Positions 47,680 through 60,020 of a stretch of 64,000 nucleotides of DNA are shown here, piece by piece. This DNA comes from Squalus acanthias (taxonomy: Eukaryota): the NCBI GenBank assembly GCA_030390025.1, contig JASTWF010000036.1, positions 1,674,001 through 1,738,000 on the forward strand, written 5' to 3'. Below the pieces are notes generated by a model. That model was given only the letters and a program-made list of their open reading frames with translations. It was not told the origin of the DNA and did no database searches. The position numbers were made by a program, and so were the translations under genes. The number at the start of each line of letters is the position of its first letter. Positions within the stretch are counted from its first letter, which is position 1.

Positions 47680-47880
47680 GGTAAGGAAGGTCCCAGGTTC
47701 GGCCTTTGCTGAGTTGGCATGATCCCAGCCCAGGGTGGCAATAGAGGTGTTACAATTGGCCTCAGCACCCCTGGGCGAGGGTAAGAAAATATATCACCCA
47801 AGGTTCCAGCTCCTGATAGTCATCCAGTGACACTTACTGGGAAGAGCACATGTGGGTGATGGCAGGAATGAGCTTGTCTA
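47680..47880 (+). mobile_element. Old SINE-like repeat (family C)
   Basis: ggaaggtcccaggttcg...acaattggcctcagcacccctggg. Confidence 0.55.
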
Positions 47881-48618
47881 TTGAATATTCCACTGACTCT
47901 CACTGCTGTTGGCGTAAGTGAACCTGGATCCACCATTTTAATGCCAACATTAACCCACTTGTTTTTATTTTAATTTTCCTACATTGCGACAGTGACTCCA
48001 CTTCAAAAAGTACTTAATTGGCTGTAAAGCGCTTTGAGACGTCCGGTGGTCGTAAAAGGTGCTATATAAATGCAAGTCTTTCTTTCTTAATACCAACATT
48101 AACTCACTTGTTTTAAACACGTTCAAATAGCAAACAAAGAAATTTGATATGAACATGCCAAGTGTTGGTATCGCACAGTGTTACTTTCAGACTACAACAA
48201 TAGCAAACTACATTAAAAGTGCCCTCGCTTGCGTAATTGTGAAGACCTGTATTTCTTTCATCTAAACTCGCACTGTGCCAGATTACTCCGCTTCTCAAAT
48301 TACAGATGACTGGGTGAACTGACGCCTGCAGATGTCAAACTGATCACCTGGGCTGAATTCCTAAATCTGACCCTGGTTCAAGTCACGTCCAGCATTCGCT
48401 ACTCCTTGAAGGTAGGGGGATACACAGCATGGAAAGGTGTTGGAGGTGTGCCTCCGACATGAACATCTTGTGGCACCTGGGTTGGAGCCAACCCACGTCC
48501 CAACCTTTTTGGTAACACCTTTCCGAAAATTAACCTGGGCACCCTGGGAGTGAGCCCCATTCCTTTGTTTTAAATTTAAAAAAAAACAATACTGCAAAAC
48601 CTTCACGGCAGCAGGTTA

Positions 48619-48847
48619 TGGGACAGATTTTCCTGTTCCTGCACGTGAGGGCTTTAGGATCGTCTGGCTGGATACAGGAAACCTGGGTGGGGAGAGCACG
48701 TGCCCCACACAGAGCCCGCACGATTTTCTGACCATTTAAATTAATGGTTGGGTAGTTGCCCAGGCTCCCTTCGAGGGATGCAGTCTACCCCGCTTCATTT
48801 GCCCATATCTGCTGACGATCCAATCAGGAACAGGAAAATTTGCCCCC
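48619..48847. mobile_element. Harbinger-like MITE
   Basis: 23-bp imperfect TIR tgggacagattttcctgttcctg / caggaacaggaaaatttgccccc, flanked by TTA / TAA. Confidence 0.65.
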
Positions 48848-48969
48848 TAACAGCTGGGTGGACAAGATGTAGATCTTCTATCTATCCCAGGAATTTAGCC
48901 TCACTGGACCTGGGTCTTTCAAACATTTTTTTGGTGTCTTGCCTCCATATAGTTTGATAGTCGTGAAAG

Positions 48970-49366
48970 TTGTGAGCTGTGGTTCAGTGGGTAGCACTCT
49001 CACCTCTGAGTCAGAAGGTTGTGGGTTCAAGTTCCACTCCAGAGACTTGAGCGCAAAAATCTAGGCTGACACTCCAGTGCAGTGCTGAGGGAGTGCTGCA
49101 CTGTCGGAGGTGCCGTCTTTCGGATGAGATGCTAAACCGAGGCCCCGTCTGCTCTCTCAGGTGAATGTAAAAGATCCCATGGCACTATTTTGAAGAAGAG
49201 CAGAGGAGTTCTCCCCAGTATCCTGGCCAATATTTATCCCTCAATCAACATCTAAAGCAGGTTAACTGGTCATTATCACATTGCTGTTTGTGGGAGCTTG
49301 GCAGTAAAGCACTTTGGGATGTCTGGTGGTCGTGAAAGGCGCTATATAAATGTAAGTCTTTCTTTT
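48970..49366 (+). mobile_element. DeuSINE-like SINE with internal deletion
   Basis: Head, Deu domain and tail present. Confidence 0.87.
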
Positions 49367-49729
49367 TGGAGATTTGTTGATTTGACTTTGTGCTGAGGGG
49401 CGGGGGTGCTAGGTATGTGTCAGATTCTTGGGCAAATTAGGTTCATTATTAGAGACATTGATACCAATGTGTAATGAAATAATTCGGACATAGGTTTGTA
49501 TTTCCAATTCCTTTTCCAATGCGCTCCTGATCTAAGTGCTCCTGTCAGAGAGAGGTGATGAGCAGAGAACAGGTATTTCCTGACATGCACCTAATCAAAG
49601 TTGATGGGCCAGTTAACCTGGGCCACCGTGCAGACCTCTTAAAGCTGGCCATGTAGTGGCATCGGATGAGGCCTTCGGTTTAGGCCACAAGGCAGAAGGG
49701 ACCAACATACTAGCATCTTGCCTCTTCAT

Positions 49730-49920
49730 CCCTCAATCAGCACCACTAAAACCGATGATCTGGTCATTATTGCTGTTTGTGGGATCTTGCTGTGTGCAAT
49801 TTGGCAGCCGCGTTTCCTACCTTACAACAGTGACGACACTTCAAAAGTACTTAATTGGCTGTGAAGCGCTTTGGGACGTCCTGAGGTCGTATATAAATGC
49901 AAGTTCTTTCTTTTTTCTTT
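49730..49920 (+). mobile_element. DeuSINE-like SINE 3' fragment
   Basis: atccctcaatcagcaccactaaaac...ataaatgcaagttctttc. Confidence 0.8.
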
Positions 49921-50444
49921 CTTCAACACAATAATTGCAAAAAATAATGAGATCAATTCAGTCCTGTCAACCATAAAAAATTAGTTGAAAACGGGAATAA
50001 CTCAAACAAGACAGCTCAGACATTTCTGTTAATACTTCACATGTCACATTTTGTTCTTATCATATTGTACTGTTAGAAATTCTCCATTCTTTATTCCGAT
50101 CATGTTTTGTACAGACTCTCAACCTCTCAGATGTCGGACACTGAAGACTAACCCAAAGCAGAAATGTCGATTGTAAAAAATACATGTCAGTAGAATTAAT
50201 TCATTCTGTCATTGCCATTCAGATATTTAGATGTAAACTGCCAGGGATGTGACGTCTTATTTTCTCTCCAAACAAGGTTTCTCAGTCCAGTCAATGTACA
50301 GTAGTGTCATTAATAAATTGATACATACTTGGGAGGGGGAGAGAGTAATTATTTGTCTGAAATGTTCTTTTCAAATTGGGAGGCTTCCTTAAATTCCTAT
50401 TCTGTGTTTAGTCAATTAGGGAAGCGCTATAGGAACATAGTAAG

Positions 50445-51118
50445 AGAAAGAAAGACAGACTTGCATTTCTATAGCACTTTTCATCACCTCAGGACGTCCC
50501 AAAGCACTTTACAGCCAATTAATTACTTTTGAAGTGTAGTCACTGTTGTAATGTAGGAAACACGGCAGCCAATTTGCACACAGTAAGGTCCCACAAACAC
50601 CAATGAGGTAAATGACCAGACAATCTGTTTTAGTGATGTTGGTTGAGGGATAAATATCGGCCAGGACACCAGGGAGAACTCCCCTGCACTTCTTTGAATA
50701 GGATCTTTTACATCCATCTGAGAGAGCAGGCTTTAACGTCTCATTCGAAAGACGGCACCTCCGACAGTGCAGCACTCCCTCAGCACTGCACTGGGAGTGT
50801 CAGCCCAGATTATGTGCTCAAGTCTCTGGAGTGGGACTTGAACCCATGACCTTCTGACTCAGAGGCAGGAGTGCGACCCACTTTTTTTTAATATAATTTA
50901 TTGAACATTAAGAACATTTACAACATTGTGATCATTCCATTGTATCATTCAAATCCATTCCGCTGCTCTGCACAGCCATTCCTCCACCACATATTAACAT
51001 CAAAACCTGAAGTTTAATTTGTCTCCCATAACATATACTAATCTATTGTACTTTAAAAATTGACCATAAAATACTATCTTTAAATTAGGAGTGCTACCCA
51101 CTGAGCCACAGCTGACAC
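50445..51118 (-). mobile_element. DeuSINE-like SINE with its tRNA head interrupted by a poly(A) insertion
   Basis: Body 50445-50882; head resumes 51087-51118. Confidence 0.88.
50883..51086 (-). mobile_element. ~200-bp polyadenylated retro-insertion (L1/Tx1-like 3' UTR or retrocopy end)
   Basis: Minus strand ends AATAAA-ttatatt-A8; 16-bp TSD AGGAGTGC(G/T)ACCCACT at 50867-50882 and 51087-51102. Confidence 0.75.
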
Positions 51119-52126
51119 CTGACAGAGTGTGCATGCACAGGACCAGAAGAAAAACTACTGCAGTCCCTCTGGGTGGTCCCATTGAAGGTGTAAAGCCAGC
51201 TTCGGTTGAATGTTTGAAATTCCTTCAGCCATGGACCTCAATGTTGTATAGGCCCAAATTATGAGTGGTTGCCAACCTAAAGACGAGGACATAGCAGCAG
51301 ACCACCAAATGCATTAATACAAACACATCCTCATCCCTTGACTGTCAGTGGGGAGGGGCACTTCACTCCCAGTGCTACCAGAGATAAGATGCATAACCCC
51401 CATCACTCATACTCTCCATCTCCAGGGATTGAGGTTTTTTTGTACATACAAAATTGAATTGAACAAAGACATTTTTCTGTTAGAAATTGCTGCTTCACCA
51501 AGATCCTAGAAATCTGTTGATTATAAGACCAGGGCAGTCAGCAGAGTTTTACTGTGGAATGACCTCAAGCTCCATTTTACATTTTACGTTGAGTAAAATG
51601 GAGACTAAAATCGGACAGGGTGTCAAACAGGCATCTTGCTCGACACCGCCCCGTTCCAGCTGGGCAGGTTCGGTTAAAATCGGGGCGTTAACCTTTCCTA
51701 ACCTTCCAACTTTCAGCTTACCACTTTCTCTGCTTTTGACGATCTGCTTCCTTTAATCTTTTATCCCTTCTAAAAACTGTCTCAAAACCTTCATTAAAAA
51801 CCTTCTGATTTGGAAGGGCAATACACGAGCTAATGTACCATTATTTTTACGAAGTAAATCCCATTGAAGGGACATAACCATTAGTGACCAACCAAAATGA
51901 ACAATTCTATCTCATGGATCCTTTCCAAGGCGTCATTCAACCGGACAGGCACGTAACAGTAGCTATAAATGCTCGATTTGAATTAGCTTGACAAGGAATA
52001 GGGTTCCAATTAAGTATTGTATTCCTTTCTAAAACATAGAAACATAGAAGATAGGAGCAGGAGTAGGCCATTCGGCCCCTCGAGCCTGCTCCGCCATTCG
52101 ATGAGATCATGGCTGATCATCCAAAC

Positions 52127-54921
52127 TCAGTACCCTGTCCCTGCTTTCTCCCCATATCCCTTGGTCCCTTTAGCCTTAAGAAATATATCTAACTCATTCT
52201 TGAATATATTTAATGACTTGGCCTCAACTACCTTCTGTGGCAGAGAATTCCACAGGTTCACCACTCTCTGGGTGAAGAAATTCTTCCTCATTTCTGTCCT
52301 AAATGGCTTACCCCTTATCCTTAGATTATGACCCCTGGTTCTGGACTCTCCGACCATCGGGAACATTCTTCCTGCATCTAGTTTGTCCAGACCTGTCAGA
52401 ATTTTATATGTTTCGATGAGATCCCCTCTCATTCTTCTATACTCCAGCGAGTATAAGCCCAATCGACCCAATCTCTCCTCATATGTCATTCCTGCCATCC
52501 CAGGTATCAGCCCTGTGAATCTTCGCTGAACTCCTTCCATGGCAAAAACATCCTTCCTCAGATAAGGCGACCAAAACTGCACACAGTACTCAAGGTGTGG
52601 TCTCACCAAGGCCCTGTACAACTGCAGCAGGACATCCCTGTTCCTATACTCAAACCCTTTCGCTATGAAGGCCAACATACCATTTGCCTTCTTCACCGCC
52701 TGCTGCACCTGCATGCTTACCTTCAGCGACTGGTGCACAAGGACACCCAGGTCTCGTTGCACTTCCCCTTCTCCCAATCTATTGCCATTCAGATAATAGT
52801 CTGCCTTTCTGTTTTTGACACCAAAGTGGATAACCTCGCATTTATCCACGTTATATTGCATCTGCCACGCTTCTGCCCACTCACCCAACCTGTCCAAATC
52901 ATCCTGGAGTTTCTCGGTATCCTCCTCGCAGCACACACTCCCACCCAGCTTTGTGTCATCTGCAAACTTGGAGATATTACATTTAGTTCCCTTATCTAGA
53001 TCATTAATGTATATTGTGAATAGCTGGGGTCCAAGGACCGATCCCTGCGGTACCGCACTAGTCACTGCTTGCCACTCGGAAAAAGACCCATTAATTCCTA
53101 CTCTCTGCTTTCTGTCCGCCAACCAGTTTTCTATCCAAGTCAATACCTTGCCCCCAATCCCATGTGCCTTAACTTTACACGCTAATCTCTTATGCGGGAC
53201 CTTATCGAAAGCCTTTTGAAAGTCCAAATACACCACATCTACTGGTTCTCCCTTATCTATTTTCCCAGTTACATCCTCAAAAAATTCCAGTAGATTAGTC
53301 AAGCACGATTTACCTTTTGTAAATCCATGTTGACTTTGTCCGATCCTGTCACTGTTTTTCAAGTGCTCAGCTATTACATCCTTTATAATGGACTCTAGCA
53401 TTTTCCCCACTACCAATGTCAGGCTTACCGGTCTGTAATTCCCCGCTTTCTCTCTACCACCCTTTTTGAATAGTGGGGTAACATTAGCTACCCTCCAATC
53501 CATGGGTACAGTTCCAGATTCCATCGAATGTTGGAAGATGATCAGCAATGCATCTACTATTTCTAGGGCCACTTCCTTAAGTACCCTAGGATGTAGATTA
53601 TCAGGCCCTGGGGATTTATCGGCCTTCAATCCCGTCAATTTCCCTAACACCATTTCCCTGCAAATACTGATTTCTTTCAGTTCCTCCCTTTCATCAGACC
53701 GTATGTTCTCCAACATCTCTGGGAGGTTATTTGTGTCCTCCTTTGTGAAGACAGAACCAAAATATGCATTTAATTGGTCTGCCATTTCTTTGTTCCCCAT
53801 TATAACTTCCCCCGCTTCTGACTGCAAGGGACCTACACTTGATTTCACTAATCTTTTTCTCTTCACATATCTATAAAAGCTCTTACAGTCAGTTTTTATG
53901 TTCCCTGCAAGCTTACTTTCATATTCTATTTTCCCCTTCTTAATTAATCCCTTTGTCCTCCTTTGTTGAATCCTAAACTGCTCCCAATCCTCAGGGTTAC
54001 CGCTTTTTCTGGCCAATTTATATGCCCTCTCCTTGGATCTTATGCTATCCCTAATTTCCCTTGTTAGCCACGGTTGAGTCACCCTTTTTGTTTTATTCTT
54101 ATGCCACACTGGGATGAACAAATTCTGTAGTTCATCCATGCAGCCTTTGAATGTTTGCCATTGCCTATCCACCGTCAACCCCTTGAGTGACATTCCCCAA
54201 TCAATCCTACCCAATTCGCGCCTCATACCATCGTAGTTTCCTTTATTTAAATTCAGGACCCTAGTCTCTGATTCAATACTTCACTCTCCATCCTAATGAA
54301 GAATTCTATCATATTATGATCACTCTGACCCAAGGGGCCTCGTACAAGATTGCTAATTAATCCTTTCTCGTTACGTAATACCCAGTCTAAGATGGCCTGA
54401 TCTCTGGTTGGTTCCTCGACACATTGTTCCAGAAAACCATCCCGTAAACATTCTAGGAATTCCTCCTCCACAGTATTTTTACTAATTTGGTTAGCCCAAT
54501 CTATATGTAAATTAAAGTCACCCATGATGACTGCTGTGCCCTTACTGCATGCTTCTCTAATTTCCCTTTTAATGCCGTCCCCAACCTCCGTATTACTGTT
54601 TGGAGGTCTATATACCACTCCCACTAACATTTTCTGCCCCTTGTTATTTCTCAGTTCTACCCATACAGATTCTGCATCATCAGAGCTAATATCCTTCCTT
54701 TCAATTGTGTTAATCCCCTCTTTAACCAGCAATGCTACCCCACCTCCCTTTCTTTTTTGCCTATCTTTCCTAAATATTGAATAACCCTGGATGTTGAGTT
54801 CCCAGCCTTGGCCACCCTGGAGCCATGTTTCTGTAATCCCAATCAAATCGTATTCATTTACCTCTATTTGCGCAGCTAATTCATCCACCTTGTTCCGAAT
54901 GCTCCTTGCATTAAGACACAA
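52127..54921 (-). pseudogene. CR1 ORF2 (APE endonuclease and reverse transcriptase); apparent 1-bp deletion near 54276
   Basis: CLNARSIRNK..IGITETWL..GVVYRPP..MGDFN..SDHNMI, then 699 aa open with QHGF, DFQKAFD, PQGSVLGP, FADD. Confidence 0.95.
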
Positions 54922-55694
54922 AGGGTAAAAATTGAGTCGCGCCCCATTTGGGGCGCTAACCTCGCCGGGGCGCGACTTTTAGCGCCCCGAAAAAATTAGC
55001 GGCCCCGCGCCGGAACTTCAGTGGTTGCGCCCCAAGAGGGAAGCGGGGCGCCACTGGAAGCACCCCGCATCCCTCTTGGGGCGCTGCGAGGGAATATCCT
55101 GGCGCTACGTGCCGCAGCGCCACGCGCTGCGGCACGTCGCGCCGCGGTATTGCAGGCCTTCCTCCCCTTCTTAAAGGGGAGGGACCCTGCGCAGCGCGAA
55201 CCGGGGCCCAGCTGGGCCCCCAGGGATCGGGAGTGCCGGCAAAAGAGCCCGGCACTCAAGAGAAGTGCCGGGCTCTTGGAGCGCAGCCGGCACTTCACGG
55301 TGGGGGGGCTTCACGGGGGCCGGGGACAGCAACGGGGGCAGGTGCTGGCAGGCGGCCAGCAACAAAAATGGCCGCCTGCCACCTCCCCTTTAAATATCGC
55401 CGCCCCGGCCACACGTACGCCTCCCTGAACCCGTCGGACATAGCGTCTGGCGGTAAATCAGGGGGCGCGACTGAAGATCACGGCCGGGGCGCGAGCGGGG
55501 TGCTGCGCACGGCGATGACGTCATCGCCGGCGGCGCAGCGCCACAGGGCGCTACCGGCTGCCGCCGCCGCTAACCTCCCGCTGAATTTTTCGGGAGGCGT
55601 GGGCGGCGCTGCGCCCGGGCGTTAGCTGCTTTACGCCCCATTAGCGCCCTCTTAAGGCGCTAACGGGAGGCGCAAGCAGCTGAATTTTTCCCCC
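54922..55694 (-). mobile_element. GC-rich non-autonomous PIF/Harbinger element
   Basis: 15-bp TIR agggtaaaaattgag / ctgaatttttccccc, flanks CAA / TAA; ends shared with the 58695 and 63520 copies. Confidence 0.85.
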
Positions 55695-55882
55695 TAAAGC
55701 CTTCAGGCTTGTTTTTTTAATGCTCTCAGACCTATATGAATTATTATTTACTGTGACCATGTTTGATTTAAACCGTTGAGTTCTTTGCCTTCTACTTTTG
55801 TTTTTCTCCTTCCTGTCTTTTGCTTTTATCCTTGTTTCCCTTTCCTCTGTCTCCTTGCTCAGGTTCCCAACTCCCTGCCACT

Positions 55883-56410
55883 TCAGTTTAAACCCTCCCC
55901 AACAGCACTAGCAAACACTCCCCCTAGGACATCGGTCCCAGCCCTGCCCAGGTGCAGACCGTCCTGTTTGTACTGGTCCCACCTCCCCCAGAACCGGTTC
56001 CAATGTCCAAGGAATTTGAATCCCTCCCCCTTGCACCATTCCTCTAGCCACGTATTCATTTGAAATATCCTCCTATTTCTACTCTGACTAGCACGTGGCA
56101 CTGGTAGCAATCCTGAGATTACTACCTTTGAGGTCCTATTTTTTAATTTACCTCCTAACTCCCTATATTCTGCTTTTAGGACCTCATCCCGTTTTTTACC
56201 TATATCGTTGATGCCTATGTGCACCACGACAACTGGCTGTTCGCCCTCCCCCTCCAAAATGTTCTGTAGCCGCTCCGAGACGTCCTTGACCCTTGCACCA
56301 GGGAGGCAACACACCATCCTGGAGTCTCGTTTGCAGCCGCAGAAACGCCTATCTATTCCCCTTACAATTGAATCCCCTATCACTATAGCTCTTCCACACT
56401 TTTTCCTCCC
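55883..56410 (-). pseudogene. CR1 ORF1 SGNH/GDSL esterase domain, 5'-truncated
   Basis: AIVIGDSIVRG..CCLPGARVKD..VVVHIGINDI..QDGLHL. Confidence 0.9.
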
Positions 56411-57179
56411 AGTCTGTTGTTCTCTACTTAAATCATGATAAGAACAATGCCTCTTATCATTATCAGGGCATCTCAAGGTTCTTCCTCGCTTGTTAGTCTT
56501 ATCTGTTTGAAGACTATGACACATTAATCGGTCCATTGCTCTACAGTTTTGCTTAAGCCCTAGCTGAAGCTGGCACGAGCCTTAATGGGAAACACTTGGT
56601 AATACTCAGATGTATGAGTCCTTCACCTGAGGCTTGGCTTTCTCAGGAGTAACGCTTTTAGTTTCCCAGAATGCCTCTAGTGTGCCCAGAATGCCTAGTT
56701 TTCCGATAGCTTCCGTAACAGTTTCAATGCCTGTTCATAGGGAGAAATGTGTTTGTATAAATGGCATTGTGTATGGTGACACTGTATCCAACATCTTGCT
56801 ACGTATAGCTTCTTTTGCAACCCTGTTATACTGTACCAATGGATCTTGGTCTGGGCAGGAGAATGCTACCAAACAAGTGGATTAGTGTGGATGAGTTCAT
56901 TATATTTGCTTTAATCTATTTTCTCTGCACAAAATATCGATTGGTCTCAAATATGAAGATTTAATACATTGTAGTATTAATGGAAAGCAGTTTGATTAAT
57001 ACATCCTAATTATGCACAGTCAGCCAGGAAGTTAATGAACACTCCAATTTCTCCCCATTCATTAATACTGATCAGCTCGTGCAACGGGCAGTCCAACTGA
57101 GTTGGGACCCAAGGAAAGTCAGGGATGGGAAAGGGCCATTCAGCCCATCGAAGCCAAGCCTTCTGGTAGCCGAACAAGA

Positions 57180-57282
57180 GGCCAGGTGACCAAAAGCTTG
57201 GTCAAAGAGGTAGGTTTTAAGGAGCATCTTAAAGGAGGAGAGAGAGAGAGAGGTTTAGGGAGGGAATTCCAGAGCTTAGGGG
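57180..57282 (-). mobile_element. Short L2 3' fragment
   Basis: caggtgaccaaaagcttggtcaaagaggtaggttttaaggagc. Confidence 0.75.
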
Positions 57283-57349
57283 AAACAGATCCCTGTTGCT
57301 GGTGTTCTGTGTAGACCTTTTGGATTGATACTGAATGTTGGGCAGTTTG

Positions 57350-57800
57350 TGTGTTCCTGACATTGGTTTAAATGCTGGTGACTCTGGTGGCGCTGCTTGA
57401 TTCATCATCTTCTAAGAAGAGACAGGCCAGCCATATCTCGGCAGTGAGTGGGCACTTTCTTACAGCAGGCCATCTACTTCAGGTCTACTGCTCTACGTGG
57501 CTTTACACTACTTAATTCAGGAGCAAGAGCTGCTTGCCAAACAGACCTACAATAGTCCATCATTGGGCAGATATAGGCTTTGTAGAACACTCAAGTAGTC
57601 AATAGTAAGGACTGAGGCCGAGCTTTCTTGGTCATTTCCATTGTAATACGAGTGACTTCTCAACATGATGCTCATAGTTCGAGACAAATTGTTTTACAAG
57701 AAGAATCTTTTGCTTGATTGTCGAATAATAGACACTGAGGAGCCTTTGCCGTTCAAGTGCTACTCATAAACCACTTGTAGCTTCCTACTAGTGCCTTTAG
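57350..57800 (-). mobile_element. Ancient LINE fragment (post-RT region)
   Basis: Minus strand VFYKAYICPMMDYCRSVWQAA resembles YKAQVRSVMEYSPLAW of the 60947 ORF. Confidence 0.5.
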
Positions 57801-57914
57801 ATCCCACTTGACGTCTTTCATGTGTTCCAATCTTGTATCGCACTTCTCCATATTTTCTTCTATATACAATGCATAAATTTATAGAAGTGGGGATTTTACA
57901 GTGTAAAATTTATT

Positions 57915-58444
57915 CCTTACCTATGGAAGGATATACTTGCCTTAGAGGAAGTGCAACGGAGGTTCACTAGATTGATTCCAGGGATAGGGGGATAGTCCTA
58001 TAAGGAGAGACTGAGTAGACTAGGCCTATGTTCCCTAGAGTTTTGAAGAATGAGAGGTGATCTCATTGAAACGTATAAAATTCTTAAGGGGCTTGACAGG
58101 GTAGATGCAGGGAGGATGTTTCTCCTGGCTGGGGAGTCTAGAACCAGGGGTCACAGTCTCAGAATGGCGGTCGGCCATTTAGGACTGAGATGAGGAGGAA
58201 TTTCTTCACTCAGAGGGTGGTGAATCTTTGGAATTCTCTACCCCAGAGGGCTGTGGAGGCTCAGTCGTTGAGTATATTCAAGACAGAGATCGATAGATTT
58301 TTGGATATTAAGGGAATCAAGGGATTTGGGGATAGTGCAGGAAAGTGGAGTTGAGGTTGAAGATCAGCCATGATCTTATTGAATGGCGGAGCAGGCTCGA
58401 GGGGCCGAATGGCCTACTCCTGCTCCTATTTCTTAGGTTCTTAT
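57915..58444 (+). mobile_element. CR1 LINE 3' fragment
   Basis: aaggatatacttgccttagagg...agaatgagaggtgatctcattgaaacg...ggccgaatggcctactcctgctcct. Confidence 0.9.
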
Positions 58445-58694
58445 GCAATCCAGTGAGGGAATCAGGCCGAGGGATTTAATGCTGAGGCAAAACTGAATCC
58501 AGGGAGCAAGAGACTATGACAACCTTTGACCTCAGAGTTCAGTGACGATTAACTGATAGGACCGTATAAATTTGGATTCCACTATCCTCCCACCTTTTGA
58601 ATTGAATCATTCTGCCCTGATTGCTGGATAATGGGGCCAGGTTGCTCTCACAAGGCCAGTATGAGGTTTTCTACCTTCTGCAATCAAAGACTCA

Positions 58695-59587
58695 GGGGGA
58701 AAAATTCAGTTGGTTGCGCCTCCCGTTAGCGCCTTAAGAGGGCGCTAATGGGGCGCAAAGCATCTAGCGCCCAGGCGCGGCGAAGTTTGCGCCGCTCGCG
58801 AAATTAACTAGACATTTTGCGGCGGCGCTAAACACTACCGCCACGATCTCCTGCGCCGGCGGATCGTGACGTCACTCGAGTGCGCAACGCCCCGGTATCG
58901 CCCTGGAGCGGATATTGAGTGGCGCCCCCTGCCTTACCGCCTGACGCTAGCAACGACAGGTTGAGGGGAGCGTTCTGCAGTCATGAAGGGAAAGGGGGAG
59001 CGCTATTTAAAGGTGACCGCTTCCTGCCTTTTATTGTTGGTGCCATTTTTGAACTACGCATTCTGAGAGAGAGAGGGAGAGACTTCTGGAGAGATTCAAC
59101 GTTGTGTGAAGGAGTTTTGGGTACTGAGCAGCACTTTGCAGGTTCATTTTGATTTGCCATTCCTTGTATCGATTTAGCAGAGACTGTGGGGTCTGCACTC
59201 TGAGCTCTTTGCCTGGTACTCTCCATTGTTCTTTCCAGCACATTTGATGTGCAGGTCTCTCCAGGCCGAGATTCAAGGCTGCAATGAGCAGGATGTGGAT
59301 GGAAAGCAAGATTAACCATCCCCTTTAAGAACTGGCCCGTGCCATTGTGTGTGTGTTCCATTGCTGACTGACATTACATGAGCTTCGCCAGCGCTCTGAG
59401 GTAGCGCCTCGTTCCTCGGCCTTTGCGCCTTAAGACAGGTGTGAAGCGCCTGATATAGCGCTCCAATCACCTCCAGGGGCGATAAAAGTCAAGTTTGCAG
59501 TCGGTGGCGATAATTAGCGCCAGGCGCTAATCTTTGCGCCCGGCCGATAATTGCGCCCCAAATGGGGCGATACTGAATTTCTCCCCC
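58695..59587 (+). mobile_element. GC-rich non-autonomous PIF/Harbinger element
   Basis: TIR GGGGGAAAAATTCAG / CTGAATTTCTCCCCC; 3-bp TSD TCA (58692-58694, 59588-59590). Confidence 0.9.
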
Positions 59588-60020
59588 TCAGTGTGCACAA
59601 TTTGCCAATCTCTCTGTGCACCCAGGGGAAGCAATTCACTGGGAGAGAGAATTGCTCCTTAATGAATTAGTAAGAAAGATGCAACTGACTCGCAGGAAAA
59701 GCAGAAGTGCTGCATTCATAACCCGAGCACAGAGTCCAAGCTCCTCAGCGCCTAACTGTGAGAGGAAAAAGAAAGAAAGACTTGCATTTCTATAGCGCCT
59801 TTCACGACCACCAGACGTCTCAAAGCGCTTTACAGCCAATGAAGTACTTTTGAAGTGTGGTCACTGTTGTAATGTGGGAAACGCGGCAGCCAATTTGCGC
59901 ACAGCAAGCTCTCACAAACACCAATGTGATAATGACCAGATCATCTGTTTATTTTTTGTTGGTTGAGGGATAAATATTGGCCAGGACACCGGGGAGAACT
60001 CCCCTGCTCTTCTTCGAAAT

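Larger units (their letters stand above)
52032..56410 (-). mobile_element. Near-complete CR1 LINE (partial ORF1, ORF2, 3' UTR with (ttctatgt)n tail), interrupted by a Harbinger MITE
   Basis: Esterase ORF1, APE and RT domains in order. Confidence 0.95.

Noticed and set aside
54956..55625. Several overlapping Ala/Arg/Gly-rich ORFs
   Set aside because: Expected by chance in very GC-rich MITE sequence; no domain recognisable.
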